A stretch of DNA of 64,000 bases from NCBI GenBank assembly GCA_020137815.1, contig CM035354.1, positions 7,812,001-7,876,000 on the forward strand. Direction: 5' to 3'. Shown in pieces: positions 14,401-26,622 of this stretch (its first letter is position 1; each line of letters starts with the position of its first letter). The translations under genes and the position numbers were made by a program. The stretch is from Hormiphora californensis (lineage: Eukaryota; Animalia; Ctenophora). The notes under the pieces were generated by a model, which ran no database searches, was not told the DNA's origin, and saw only the letters and a program-made list of their open reading frames with translations.

Positions 14401-17330
14401 GTCATGGGAACCCGGGGCAGTAGTTCTAAAATTTTCAAAAAAGAGAAATTCTCCCTTTGGGTTCCCTGCCCCATTGAAAAAATTTTGTTCATTGAAAGAT
14501 GTTCCCTTTTCTTCTACAGTCAAAGGAAAAAAAATCTGTCGGGTTAGCAGCTTTGCAAGTCTAGAGGGAGCTTTAAATTGAAGCTCTCTTTCCCGAGAAG
14601 AAGATTTTTTTAAGAAAAAAGTGAAATTGTTTGGGTTGCTTTTCCGGGCCAAAAAGGGTTTTTCGAGTAACCCCAAAACAGGGTTTAAAAACTTTTTGGT
14701 TCCCCTTTCCTGTTCTAAACGGTCAAAGAAGTCCAAGAAGTTCTCGGTTGGGTTTTTGGGTTTTGGGCAGGAAATGGATTCCCGGAATTTTAGTTTATTG
14801 TTAAGCCATGAATCGGGTCACCGCGGGGGGTGGTTAAAATCAAGAGATTTGTCTTGGGGGCAGAGGAAAAGTTCGGGAAAAACGTATGAGAAGTTGAAAC
14901 AGGAAGTAAGACGAGCCATCCAAATTGGGAATTTCCCCTCCCGACGACCCCCTTTAAAATATCGGTAGAGATTTATTTCAGGGTTTTGATTTGGGTTTCC
15001 CGGGGCTGGGGTTTAAATTTAGGACCTTTTCCCATTTTTTTCAGGAAAGGGAATTTAGAGAGAGGGAATTTCGCCTTGGGAGTAAAACGGTTTTCCCCCT
15101 TACAAGGGCCCCTAGAGCACAGCCCAGATTTTGAATTTTGACGCTCTGTATTGGGCCCCCTAGGGGTACTGGAAAAATTTTTTTCTAAACCCTCCCATTT
15201 CCGGGGGCCCTTACGACTGCCAAAGGGGCTATTATCGCCTTTAAGATTTCCTTGTTTTCCCACTCTGACCCAGCATTTGGGACCGAAAGTTTCCAGCTAC
15301 TGGGTTAGATTTTGACTTGGTTTCATCGAGAAGGAAAAGAAAACACAGTTGCTGATTTCCTTTCTCGATTTCCGTTTAGAAGGGAAAAAGGGCGAGATTT
15401 TAGCAACCCAAAAAATAACACCCCCTCATTTTTAAAAGACAAATCTGAGAAGAAGTGAGTTTTGGGGAACTCCTTTGATACCAAGGGAAAATTGAACCCA
15501 CCCAAAAAAGGCGTGTCCGGGCGAGCTGGAGTTGGAGACACCCTGTGAACCTGTACGATTGCTTACGTCCGAGACTACACTAGGAGACGCCCACTCACAG
15601 GTTAGCGTGGAGGAAAAGTGTTTTTTTTCCCCACCTTTGGGAAACCCCCTAATTTGGGTTAGGCCCCGGCGATTTTTTTTCCCCCTGTTTGGTGTAGTTT
15701 CGTCCCCTATTTAGAAAATGGAAAATTTTTCTGCTTGGGGAAAAAGGGGGCAGCAAAAAATTTTGACCTTTTCAATGTAGTTAAAGGCCCGTGGGGCACA
15801 CAAAAAAAGGGGGGATTAAGCCCAAACGTTGGGGGCCCCCCGGTCCATTTATCTTCTGGCAAATTTCGAAAATGTTACATGCTAAAAGGGGGGTTGCAAA
15901 AGAAGATGGGCGATAATAAACAAAGGTTTATTTCGCTGGCTTATAGTTTTCCCCCGGGGCCCTTTTTTTTGAGGCCAAATTTTGAGACGTTTTCCCTGGA
16001 AAATAAAATAAAAAATGGGGGGAATGGGGGCCCCTATTTTTGAATCGGGGAAAAAAATATATTATTGGCCCTTTTATTTCGGAAAAATTAGCTGTATATT
16101 AAGTCGTGCCCTATTTTGGGGCTGCAAAAAAAAACCCCCTAGTAAGACTTACCAGGCCCCTATGGCGGAAATCAAGTTCCATGAGTTTAACCAGGCTATT
16201 ATTATTGATCACATTGTCCCGGAGGGTACCCGTTGCAACCCCGGGGTATCCCCAATCTTACTGACGCTTTTTAGTAAAATTTCCCCAGTTTTCGGTAACC
16301 CGTCAAAAAATCAGGCAGGTGCCGAGACGCGGGAATTTTTTTAAACAAAAGGTGTTATCGGTATGGGGTTTTTACGTTTAAAAATTGCCGATAACCACCA
16401 GGGTTTCAAGGGTAATGAACTCAAGCTTTTCTTCGAAGGGGGCTAGGTTTAAATTTCCTATGGAACCCCCTTTTAAAGGGGGCCCCGATGCTAAGGGAGA
16501 GAAAAAAGTAAACGGCGTGTTTTAAAAGGACTTAGGGCCGCCCCTTACCCAGACAAGGGGTGAGTGGGCCTCCTTTTCCGGAGGTTTCTTTTCTTTTTAA
16601 AAACCTTGATTAATGCCCGGGGAAAGGGTTTCTGCCAAATGTTTCTATTTTGGGAGAGAAATTAAATTTCCTGAAACACTGCTTTGAAAAATTTATCTGA
16701 GAATCCCCCAATTAAGAACCCATGATATTCCTAGTGTGTGTACCCAAAACAGTGTGAACCAGGGAAAATTTTGGGGGAAAGTTAGAGAGAATGTTCAAGC
16801 GACATTGAACATTTTTAAAAAGGGGGGTAAAGATAAGAAAACTCACGTCCCAAAAAAGGGGCTGCGGGGGGATAGCGGATTTGTAAAAAATAAAAGGGCC
16901 CCGCCACCAAATTTTGGGGGCCCAGTGGCCCCGGCCCTTTTGTGATTTGCGAAGGTTTTTAATCCCCCCTTTTTAAAGTTTCTCTCTTTCCCCGGGGAAA
17001 GGGGGAGGTTTTTAATGTTTTCCCCCCCCAAAACCCTACCAGCCTGGGAAAAACAAGGGAAACCCGGGAAAAAGAATCCCCCAGTCTGACGCTACACAGC
17101 AGGGGCCGGAAAAAGATAGAGATGTAGGGGCGCCCTAGAGGTCTTCGCCCCGAGGACTTCTGAGGCAAAACCGATAGGGCCTAAATTTTGATTCAAAAAA
17201 TCGATTTTTTTATTAAATTTAAATGGCTATTGTTTATTTTTCGGAAAATTTTTTTCTTCGTCTTCCTTTTAACCAAAGGGGCGGTGTTCCACTCGGGGGA
17301 GCAGCCGTCTTCCCTTTTGGGGGGGGAGGG

Positions 17331-17900
17331 CGTAAATATGGTTTTTGGGTTGACAAACAAATCAATACCTGCTAGGGGGAGGGGAGAGAAAAGAGAGAAC
17401 AAAATAGCTTTTGTACTGATGCTAACTCTATCTCTCTCTCTCCTCCACTCCCTTCCCCTCTTTTGTTTTGCTTTTTTTCCCCTTTATTCTAATCCTTTTC
17501 CCCAAAAAGGGGGGAGGGAGAGAGGAGAGATGGGAGGAGAGGGGGAGAGAGAAGTGGGGGCGGGGGCTTTATTTAAATTTTAAATCCCCGGGAAAGGGGA
17601 TAGGTTTTTCTGCTTTTCCGGGGCCACCCCAGGGGGACCCGATGGGCGAGGGAGAGCCAGCCATGAGGATCAGAGAAGAGGAAAGGGGAAAACTCGCCCC
17701 GTGAGGGCCCCCCTGAAGGAAAACTTTACTTCTCGAATGGAAGAACCCGCCTTTCGTTTGATTATTGATTGGGCTGGAATGCGCGTTTTTGGTTTCCCCC
17801 TTGGGAAAAGATCCTTGGATGTTTTTATTATCATCTATTTCTTGGGAATTCGAGAACCCCTTTTTGGGGTTTTCCTTTTTTTTATAGTGTGTTTTCCACA
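17331..17900 (+). repeat. 3' LTR of the Gypsy element
   Basis: Preceded by a polypurine tract; colinear with 10834-11418; ends in CA. Confidence 0.7.
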
Positions 17901-19849
17901 AGGATAAGGTTCCCCCTCAGTCCCAAAAGGAAAGGGCCCTAGCGGGGGTTAAAAAGAAGAGGAAAAAAGAAAAACTCCCGTCAAGAAAATTCCCGATTTA
18001 TCTTTGGGAACTCCTGTTGGGGGAGTGCAGGGTTTTAACGTGTGGATCTTGGGACGATTTGTGATGGAGAGGGGAAAAACCCCAAAGGGGTTCCCAAATT
18101 TGCAAATGTTGTGGAAAGTTATTACTTTGGGAGGGCTGTCCCCATGGCCCCCCCAAAAGGGCCCAAATTGATAGGGGGAAGCCTTTTTCAGCAAGGAACA
18201 TCCACAGAAAAAAGCCCAAATTACTGTCAGTTCGGAACGGCCCAAAAACCTTTTTGGGGGTTGGGGTTGTAACTTTGGTATAAGTGTCCAAAAATTTTTA
18301 CCCACCTCTCTGCCCTTTAAATTTTTGAGATTCCCCAGTCTTTTACCGCAAAAAATGTAAAAACAACATTTAAAAAAAACCTCGGGAGAAGTGAAGTACC
18401 CCCTACTAAGGGGTAATTCATTGGAGTATGGTAACAAAAACCGTGATGCCTTTTAAAAAAAGTGGGGCAGGAGCCCCCTCGCCCCAGCCTTTCCCGGCCC
18501 CTCCCAAAAAACCCCCCGAGAAGAAAAAGAAAAAGAAGAGGAAGAAAAAAAATTTAAAACGGGGAAACCCCCCCCAAGGGGTTTTTCGCGAACAATGACA
18601 TCCGTTTTTCAAGAGGATTTTCTCATGGGATTGAGGCCCCCATTTAGGGGGAGATTTTCGAGGGAAATGAAGACGTTCCCCGAATAAACTCCCAGTCCTT
18701 CAGGGAAAAAGATGACCCCAGGGAACACACCCCGGCCAAACACTCACACTCAGCCAAAACCCAGCCCCCGAACAACCCCCACCAACTACCATGGGGGTTT
18801 GGAAAAGGTTTCGGAATTTTCCTCAAACAACGCCCCCGTTTTTTTAACGCCCCCTTTCCCCGGCTAGGAAATGCCGGGGGGAAGTTTTCTTTTTCAAGGA
18901 CTCATTGGGAACCCTCAAAAAACCCCTCTTTGACCGGAAAAGGAAAACTTTTGGTTTTCGTGTGATTTCTCGAGCCCAATTGGGGGGGTTTAAGGGGTTT
19001 TTCCCCCCCTTCGTTGGATTTAGAGCAGGGAAAGGGGAGGTGGGGGGGCCCGTGAATAGTGTGCCCAATGAAAAATTTTTTTCGCCCTTTGGGCCAAAAA
19101 AAAAGGGTAGATATGGAAAAAATATGGGGCACTTGTCCCACATCCCGAAAACGGAAATTGGGGAAATGTATGTCAAAATTTCGGGGCCGGCCCATTTAAA
19201 AAAGTTTTTTTTTTTTACCCAAAAAAGGAAAAAAAAAAGTGTGTTTTTAAAACCCCCGGGTTTGGGGTTTTTTTGGGTATCAACTTTTTTTTTGGGCCGG
19301 GTCGGTTAGGGGTTTGTACCGATCAGAATGGATTTGGATCATGAAAATTAGCCAAAGGTATTTTTTACCTGAAAATGTTTTTTTTTTTTTTTGGACCCAA
19401 AAAAGCTTTTACCCCAAAAAAGTTCCTTTTTGGGCCAAAAATTTTTTCAATTTTGAGAAACTTTTTTATGAACGGGGTCGTGTTTAGCAGGTCCAAAAAA
19501 TTCCCGGGTTTCAAAAAGGAATTTGGTTTTCCCCACAAATAAAACTCAAAAAGTTTAAAAACGTCTCAAAAAAAAAAGCAAAGTAGGAAAAGGGGCAAGA
19601 AAAAAAGTGAAAAAAAAAAAAATTTTCATTTTAAAAAAGGGGTTTGAAGGTTGCAGCTGGAAAAATGGTTGACTGGTTTCTCCTGGGCGATTCATAGGTG
19701 GTTTTTTTGAAATAACGCCCCAAAAAAAAAATTTTTTTATAGGGAAAATGGGCCCCTTATGGGCTTTTTCATCGGCCCAGTAATTTTGGGGCCCGGGTTT
19801 GGGTAAAATTTTTTAACCCCCCAAAAGTTTTTGAATGATGTAGGAACTC

Positions 19850-22800
19850 ATTTAGGGGGTAAAACTTTTTGGAAAAGGGGGTTTGATTTATTTTGGGTTG
19901 GGGGGAAAAAAAGCACACCCTACTGTGACTCCTTTCTTAACAAAAAAGGGCCCTTCCTTCCCAATTCGATTCTCTGCCCCCTTTCCCAAAAGTGCGGCTG
20001 CCCTTTTTCATCAAAAAGACCCCCGGGTTTTTTTTGTTTTTTTACAGGGCGCCCTTTTCCCCCTCAAATGGACTTTTTTATGATCTATTTCCCTTTCAGG
20101 GTTTAGGTGAAAATTTAAAAAGGGGTTTTCCGCTATCTACCCTTTTGGGTGATTTCCAAAAGCCCGGGCATTTACTTGGGGGAAACACTCAGTGGAGGAT
20201 CGGGCATTTTTCCCAATTTTTCCCAAAATTTGTTGGGAAAAATTTTTTCCTAAAAAACTTTTTGATTTTCCCCTACCCAAGGGGTTGAAATTCGGACCTT
20301 ATTCTCACTAAAACCCGGGCCCCAATATTTCTTTAAAAAATGAGGTTCCGGGTATGTTTTCCGATCACCATTGTCAGCTCTACCCCTTTGGGGGCGGAAT
20401 CAAAAACCCGGGGTCAATTGGACCAAACAATTTACGGGGCTTTTATAAATTTTCCCTTTTATTTTAGGCGCGTTTTTCCGGGAAATGTAAGGGGAATTTG
20501 GGCCCGATTGATGGGGGGGAAACACTTGCCGGGCATTTGCGAGAGAAACGGGCTTTTCTGATTTTGTCCAGCTTTTTACCCTTACTGTTTACAGGTTTTA
20601 TCCCACCACTCTCGTTGAAAAAGGCCCGGAAAAAACGGAAGGGGCCCCATTCTCAGGGGAAAAAGAAAGGAAAAACGGAGGGGTTTGAACAAAAAGGGTT
20701 TTCCAGCCCCGGGAGAATTAAAACCCACCTTTTGCCCACCCGCTCGAGGTTGGGGGTTTTCCCGAAATTTCTTGGGGGGCCCCTTTTGTCAAAATTTCTC
20801 CGCGAATCGATTTTGATGAAAACGAAGCGTTTATGGGAAATTAAAAAAGGGCCAAAAAACCTAAATTTTTTTTGGGCCCTAAGAAAAACCCAAAGAGGAA
20901 ACCCGGTCACGAATTTCCCCCCCTTTTCAATTGGTGATGGGTTTCCCTTACGGAAAGGGCCCCAGATGGGGGAAAAAGGGGGAAAAAAAAACTATTTCAA
21001 AAAATTTTCCTCGTCTTTGCACCCCTTCAAACTCCCCTTCAGCAAAACTGAGACCCCAAAAACTCCTTCTAAGGGGAGGCCCCCTCCGACATGGTTTTTC
21101 CGCCCCGATATTGAAAAGGCACTGATGAACTCAATCCCCTTTTTCAGCCCGGGGCCCACCAGGAGATTACCGGGGCCCGAATTTTGCCCTGACTGGATAT
21201 CGGCCCTTTTTTACCCCCATCCATTTTTTGGGGGAAAAACGTTTGATTTTTTGGTTTTTACCACCCCGTCTGAAAAATTCAGTTCCCTTGCGCCCCCTTT
21301 CCCCAAAAAAGGGGCCCAAAAAAGAAAGTTGAAAAATACCGCCCCCCATTTCACTAAACCCGCCCCCAAAATTTCCCAAGACATTTGAAAGGGTTGTTTA
21401 AAACTCAAATGGTGTCATTTTCTTTTTTAATCAGGAATTTTTTTCAACGAGTCTTTGAAAGGGTTTTTTGAAAGCAAGAGGAGCGGTTTTTCCCCCCCCT
21501 CACTCGTAAAATTTTACAATATTCTGAACCCAAATTAAAGACCCCTTTTTGAAGTGGATTTTAAACTACTTGGATTTGAGAAAGGCCCTTTGATAAAAAT
21601 TTTACCGGTTTTGGGTACTCGGGAAAAAAAACAGAGATATGGAGTTAAGGGGGAAAAATCCTGGGAAAGGACCGCCGCTTCTTGCTAGAACCCGGGAAAA
21701 AAAACGGTTTTTTTGTTCGACGGCACCCTCATCTTCCTTTTCAGAGGCCAAAAAAGGGGTGTCCCAAAAAGGACTGTGCTCGGCCCACTTCTATTTTTTT
21801 TCACGTAATTGACTTGGAATCCCGGGAATCAAACACGGTTCTTTAAGGTTTGTTTGCTGGGTGACACCAAATAATTCTCTGCTATCCGGGGCTATGGTTT
21901 GACAAAACCCAACCTACAAAAAAGGGTCTATACAGTTTTTGATAACCTGGGCGGAAAACTAAAAACATGTCCCCCTTTCCCCCAGGCCAAAATTCGAGGG
22001 GCATTTTTTCTATCGCGGAAACAAAAAAAAATTCTCCAGAGAAACACCGTTCCTGCGGGAACTATTCCTACAACTCTCTTTAGGGGAAAGGACGGGGGGC
22101 CTTGGGGGGGCCGGGGGGAAAAGGGGGGAAAATCCGGGGGAAAGGGGCAACGGGGGGCCCCCGGGGGTGTTAAGGGAAGGGGGGCGGAAAGGGGGGGGTA
22201 AAGTGGTTAAGATTTCCGAAACCCGACCCCTTTATTTTTTTTACGTCATAGGGCGGGGCCCAAAACTGTTAATCCCCCTGAACCCGGTGGCCACCTTACT
22301 AAAATCGGGGGATTTTCAAATCCGTGGGGAGAGTCAACCCTTTCCCCCAAAAATTTTGCCAAAAGGATCCAAGGGATTGCTGGTTCAAGGGGTTGGGGTT
22401 AAAAAAGGGAAAGTTTCAGGGCTTTTGGGGTTTTTTCACTTCAACGCCCCTTGGGGGGGGGGTACCCCTGGGCCCCTCCCGGGTTTTGGGAAAATGTTTT
22501 TTTAAAAAACGCGTACCAAAAAAGTCCCGCTTTTGGGGCCTTTGCCCGGGTACGAAACCCATCTGGCCCCCGAGCTATCGTCCCCCGTTATTTATTTTGA
22601 AGCCCAAAAGATTTTTAAACCCTTCATGGGAAAAAAAGCATTTTCCGGGGGACAGGTTCTTTGGTTGTGGAAAATTTTTTCCCCGAAAAAGTTTAAAAGG
22701 GTTTTAACTCTTTACCAGTTCCATTTAGTTGGGTTTGTTTTTTTTTCCCCTTTTTCCCGGGAAAAACCCCCCCGTCAAAAGGGGTTTCCCTGCTCAAGCC

Positions 22801-22950
22801 AACCGCAAATCAAATTGGGGTGGTTTTCGTAACATTCTTTTGTGGTTTTTTGTTCGTGAGCTGACCGTTTGTTTTTTGGAGGGTTTATTTTTAAATTTTT
22901 CCGGTTTTTTTAACCCCAAAATTTTTGAAAAGAACGAAACGTTTGGGGCC
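19850..22950 (+). mobile_element. Degraded reading of a CR1/L2-type LINE ORF2 (APE endonuclease plus RT); the 3' part duplicates 23.65-25.49 kb
   Basis: LLGDF at ~20140-20156, PT..DLILT-like at ~20270-20310 and a DH motif at ~20363. CCCCGATATTGAAAAGGCACTG occurs at ~21103 and ~23783, with colinear matches through to ..TCGTAACATTCTT... Confidence 0.72.
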
Positions 22951-23649
22951 CCTTTTTTCCCGGTGCGGCTTGGCAAAAAATTTTTTTATTCCTAAAATGG
23001 CTTTAAAGCCCAACCCCTAAAACGTTTTGGCTGATTTAAAGTTTTTTCGGGGAGGGCCCTACCTTTGGGGGGAAAGTCAAGGGCCAAACCCCCCCCCAAA
23101 ACCCCCAACCCCAACCCAAAACCCCACTTTGCCCCCAACCTAAAAAAAAGTTTTTTCCGCACTCCCAAAAAACCCAGATTTTAACGCTGGGGCCCAAAAA
23201 AGGGGGGCCTTTCATTGCTAACAATTCGTAGTTTTTTTGGGGGCACGGACGGGTTAGGGCTAAACCCTTTTGGGTTGGTTAGGGTTTTTTTTTTTTAGGG
23301 TTTTCCCGGTTTTGGGCCTTTGATTCTCGGAAAAAGTTAAAATTGGGTTTTCCTTTCATTTGTAACAATTGTAGTTTTAGGGCGCGCGCCGGGGGGAGGT
23401 ATCCCTTTGGGTTGGTTAGGGGTTTGGTTTTTAGTTAAGGGGGTTTGGGGTACCTTCGGCGGGAAAAAGTTAAAAACTTTGGGGGCCTTTTTATTTCAAC
23501 AATTTGTGTTTTAGGCGCACGACGGGTTTTGGGCCCATCGTTTGGGTCTGGTTAGGGTTTTGGGGTTGGGGTTAAACGGTTTTTGGGGGTACATTTTCTT
23601 AACCCGTTACCGTTTAGTTTTTTCTGGGGGGCCAGAAACTTTTTTCCCT

Positions 23650-25492
23650 TTCACGAATTTTGACCAAACCCCTTCGGTCGTTCACACCTCCTTCAAATCC
23701 CCTTTCCCAATGGCAGAAACAACATTCCTTGCGCTCCTTAAACCCTTCAGCCTCGACAACTATCCTTCCGCCCTCTCGCCCCCCCGATATTGAAAAGGCA
23801 CTGTATGAACTCAACCTTATTCAGCCGGCCCACCAGGAGATATACCTGCCAGAATTCTGCGTGACTGCCGATCATCGCTGTCCTACCCCCTATCCATCTT
23901 ATGGGCCAAATCGTTTGATTCTGGTATTGTACCACCCTGTCTGAAACTTCAGTACATTGCGCCACTTTACAAAAAGGGTCCTAAAATGAAAGCTGAAAAC
24001 TACCGCCCGATCTCACTAACCAGCCACATTGCCAAGACATTTGAAAGGGTTGTAAGATCTCAAATGGTGTCATACTTTGAATCAGAGAATTTGTTCAACG
24101 AGTCTCAGCATGGGTTTAGAAGCAAGAGGAGCTGCTTATCCCAACTCACTCGTCACATTGACAATATTCTGAACAATCTCAACGACCTTCTTGAAGTGGA
24201 TGTAATCTACTTGGACTTCGAGAAGGCGTTTGATAAAGTTGACATCGGTGTGCTACTCGAAAAACTGCAGAGATATGGAGTTAAGGGCAAACTCCTTGAA
24301 TGGATCCGCAGCTTCTTGCTAGACCGGAAACAAACGGTTTTAGTCGACGGCACATCATCTTCCTTTGCAGAGGTCAGAAGCGGTGTCCCACAAGGTACTG
24401 TGCTCGGCCCACTACTATTTTTGATCTACGTAATTGACTTGGAATCCGTAATCAAACACGGTTCTTCACTGTCGTTCGCTGATGACACCAAAATATTCTC
24501 TGCTATCCGGACTATGGTTGACAAACTGAACCTACAAAAGGATCTATACAGTGTGATAACCTGGGCGGAAGCTAACAACATGTCCTTGCACCAGTCCAAG
24601 TTCGAGGTCATGAACTATACGCTGAATCAAACCAATTCTCTCAGAGAACTACCGTTCAGTGCTGAGAACTATTCCTATCAACTCTCTGATGGAAGGTTCA
24701 TCGATCCTTCAGACACTGTGCGTGATTTAGGTGTTGTACTCTCGAGTGATGGGCAATGGTCGGCCCAAATATCTCGTGTAGTCTCCACGGCTAGTCGGGT
24801 TGCTGGATGGACACTAAGTGCCTTCAGATCCAGAACTCGCCGCACCATGATGACTCTTTACAAGTCACTAGTGCGTCCCCATCTAGACTACTGCTGCACA
24901 CTGTGGTCACCTACTAAAATCGGGGATATCAGTCGTGTTGAGGAGATCCAGCGATCCTACACTCGCAAGATTGCTGGTCTCAAGGGGTTGGATTACTGGC
25001 AACGTCTTCAGACTTTGGGACTTTTGTCACTTCAACGCCGTCGGGAGAGGTACACTGCCATCCTTGTTTGGAAAGTGTATAACAACGAGATACCTAACAG
25101 TACTGCTATGACCTTCGCTGATACGCACCGCTCTGGCCCAAGAGCTATCGTCCCGCGTTATTCATATGAAGCCCAACGATCTAACCTTTCATTGTATGAA
25201 CAGTCATTTGCGGTACTAGGTGCTAGGTTGTGGAATATTCTTCCACGAACTGTAAAAGAGGCTTCAACTCTTCACCAGTTCAAATCTCAGTTGGGTAGTT
25301 TTCTCTCCACTTTTCCTGACACACCCCCTGTCAGCGGTTACCCTGCTCAAGCCAACAGCAACTCAATATTGGAGTGGTGCTCGTAACATTCTTGTGTGAT
25401 TTTATGTTCGCTGAGCTGACCGTGTGTTTTTAGGAGGCTTATTATTTTAATGTATCCTGTGTTTTCACAAATTCTTGAACTGAACTGAACTG
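23650..25492 (+). mobile_element. LINE retrotransposon (CR1/L2-like), RT-bearing 3' portion with a (TGAAC)n 3' tail
   Basis: RT ORF followed by a ~90 bp 3' UTR and TGAACTGAACTGAACTG at 25476-25492. Confidence 0.9.
23986..25386 (+). CDS. Non-LTR reverse transcriptase (C-terminal part of LINE ORF2)
   Basis: NYRPISLTS..K.FE, QHGFR..RSC, IYLDFEKAFDKV, SGVPQGTVLGPLLF, FADDTK, RDLGV, LYKSLVRPHLDY, LLSLQRRRER. Confidence 0.95.
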   Translation: MKAENYRPISLTSHIAKTFERVVRSQMVSYFESENLFNESQHGFRSKRSCLSQLTRHIDNILNNLNDLLEVDVIYLDFEKAFDKVDIGVLLEKLQRYGVKGKLLEWIRSFLLDRKQTVLVDGTSSSFAEVRSGVPQGTVLGPLLFLIYVIDLESVIKHGSSLSFADDTKIFSAIRTMVDKLNLQKDLYSVITWAEANNMSLHQSKFEVMNYTLNQTNSLRELPFSAENYSYQLSDGRFIDPSDTVRDLGVVLSSDGQWSAQISRVVSTASRVAGWTLSAFRSRTRRTMMTLYKSLVRPHLDYCCTLWSPTKIGDISRVEEIQRSYTRKIAGLKGLDYWQRLQTLGLLSLQRRRERYTAILVWKVYNNEIPNSTAMTFADTHRSGPRAIVPRYSYEAQRSNLSLYEQSFAVLGARLWNILPRTVKEASTLHQFKSQLGSFLSTFPDTPPVSGYPAQANSNSILEWCS

Positions 25493-25498
25493 TTTGGA

Positions 25499-26622
25499 GG
25501 CCTGTTTACAGGTGCGTGCTGCCAAAAAAGTTGATTCACTAAAATGGCTCTAACCGCCCAACCACTCAACCGTTTTGGCTGATTCAAAGTTTATCTGGTA
25601 GGGTCCCTACCGTAGGGAATGTCAAGGCCTAACCCCAACCCAAACCCCAACCCTAACCCTAACCCTACTTTAGCCCTAATCCTAAAAAACCGTTTGTCAG
25701 CACTCCCAAAACACCCAGATTTTAACGCTGGCCAAATCTGGGTGCCTTTCATTGCTAACAATTCGTAGTTTTGGTGCACGCGACGGGTTAGGGCTATCCG
25801 TTAGGGTCTGGTTAGGGTTTGGTTTGGAGTTATCGGTTAGGGCTATCGATTCTCGGAAAACGTTAAAATCTGGGTGCCTTTCATTGCTAACAATTCGTAG
25901 TTTTAGGGCGCGCGACGGGTTAGGGCTATCCGTTAGGGTCTGGTTAGGGTTTGGTTTGGAGTTATCGGTTAGGGCTATCGATTCTCGGAAAACGTTAAAA
26001 TCTGGGTGCCTTTCATTGCTAACAATTCGTAGTTTTAGCGCGCACGACGGGTTAGGGCTATCCGTTAGGGTCTGGTTAGGGTTTGGATTGGGGTTATCGG
26101 TTAGGGCTATCGATTCTCTACCAGTTACCGTTTAGTTTACTCAAATTGGCCATGTGGTTGCGTGGCTATAGCCGTTTGAAAAAAGTCGGTCTAGGTGTAC
26201 TCTTTTGGTAGCGCGCACCTGTAAACAGGCCGCAAGGCACCCAGATTATAATCGCACCCTCGATTCTCTAACTGATACCGGTTAGTTTACTCAAATCGGC
26301 CATGTGGTTCCATGGCTATAGCCGTTTGAAAAAAGTCGGTCTAAGTATACTCTTTTGGTAGCGCGCACCTGTAAACAGGCTGCAAGGCACCCAGATTATA
26401 ATCGCGCCCCGCGTTGCGGGTCGCCGGAATATTTTTTGCGTTTCAACTTTCAGCACTCACGCTTTTTTCAGGTTACGCCTAAGGTAGGGTTTAAGTTAGT
26501 ACTGGGATTCAGGTTGGGATAAGGGCTTGATATTTCCTATCAGATAAACTTTAAGTTAGCTAAAACGTTCCAGTAGTTTGGTGGTTAGAGCCATTTTAGT
26601 GCAGGGTACTTTTTGGCAGCAC
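25499..26622. repeat. Modular repeat with telomere-like hexamers: CCCTAA run, three 132-bp units rich in GGTTAGGG, two 150-bp units, and outer inverted repeats
   Basis: CCCTAA run at ~25629-25685. Units start at 25736/25868/26000 and 26111/26261. 25514-25635 is an imperfect reverse complement of ~26515-26623, and GCCTGTTTACAGGTGCG pairs with CGCACCTGTAAACAGGC at ~26214 and ~26364. Confidence 0.85.

Larger units (their letters stand above)
10834..17900 (+). mobile_element. Ty3/Gypsy-type LTR retrotransposon, ~7.1 kb, in degraded sequence
   Basis: Degraded direct repeats at ~10834-11418 and ~17331-17900, both ending ..TGTGTTTT(T/C)CA(A)CA. PBS-like TTGGGCCCCCCG at 11419, PPT GGGGGGGGAGGG at 17319-17330, and an intact RNase H motif HREGKENTVADFLSR at 15324-15368. 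Confidence 0.75.

Noticed and set aside
25629-26120. True telomere or telomere fusion site
   Set aside because: Hexamers are degenerate, embedded in 132-bp units and flanked by ordinary genes; no long pure TTAGGG run.
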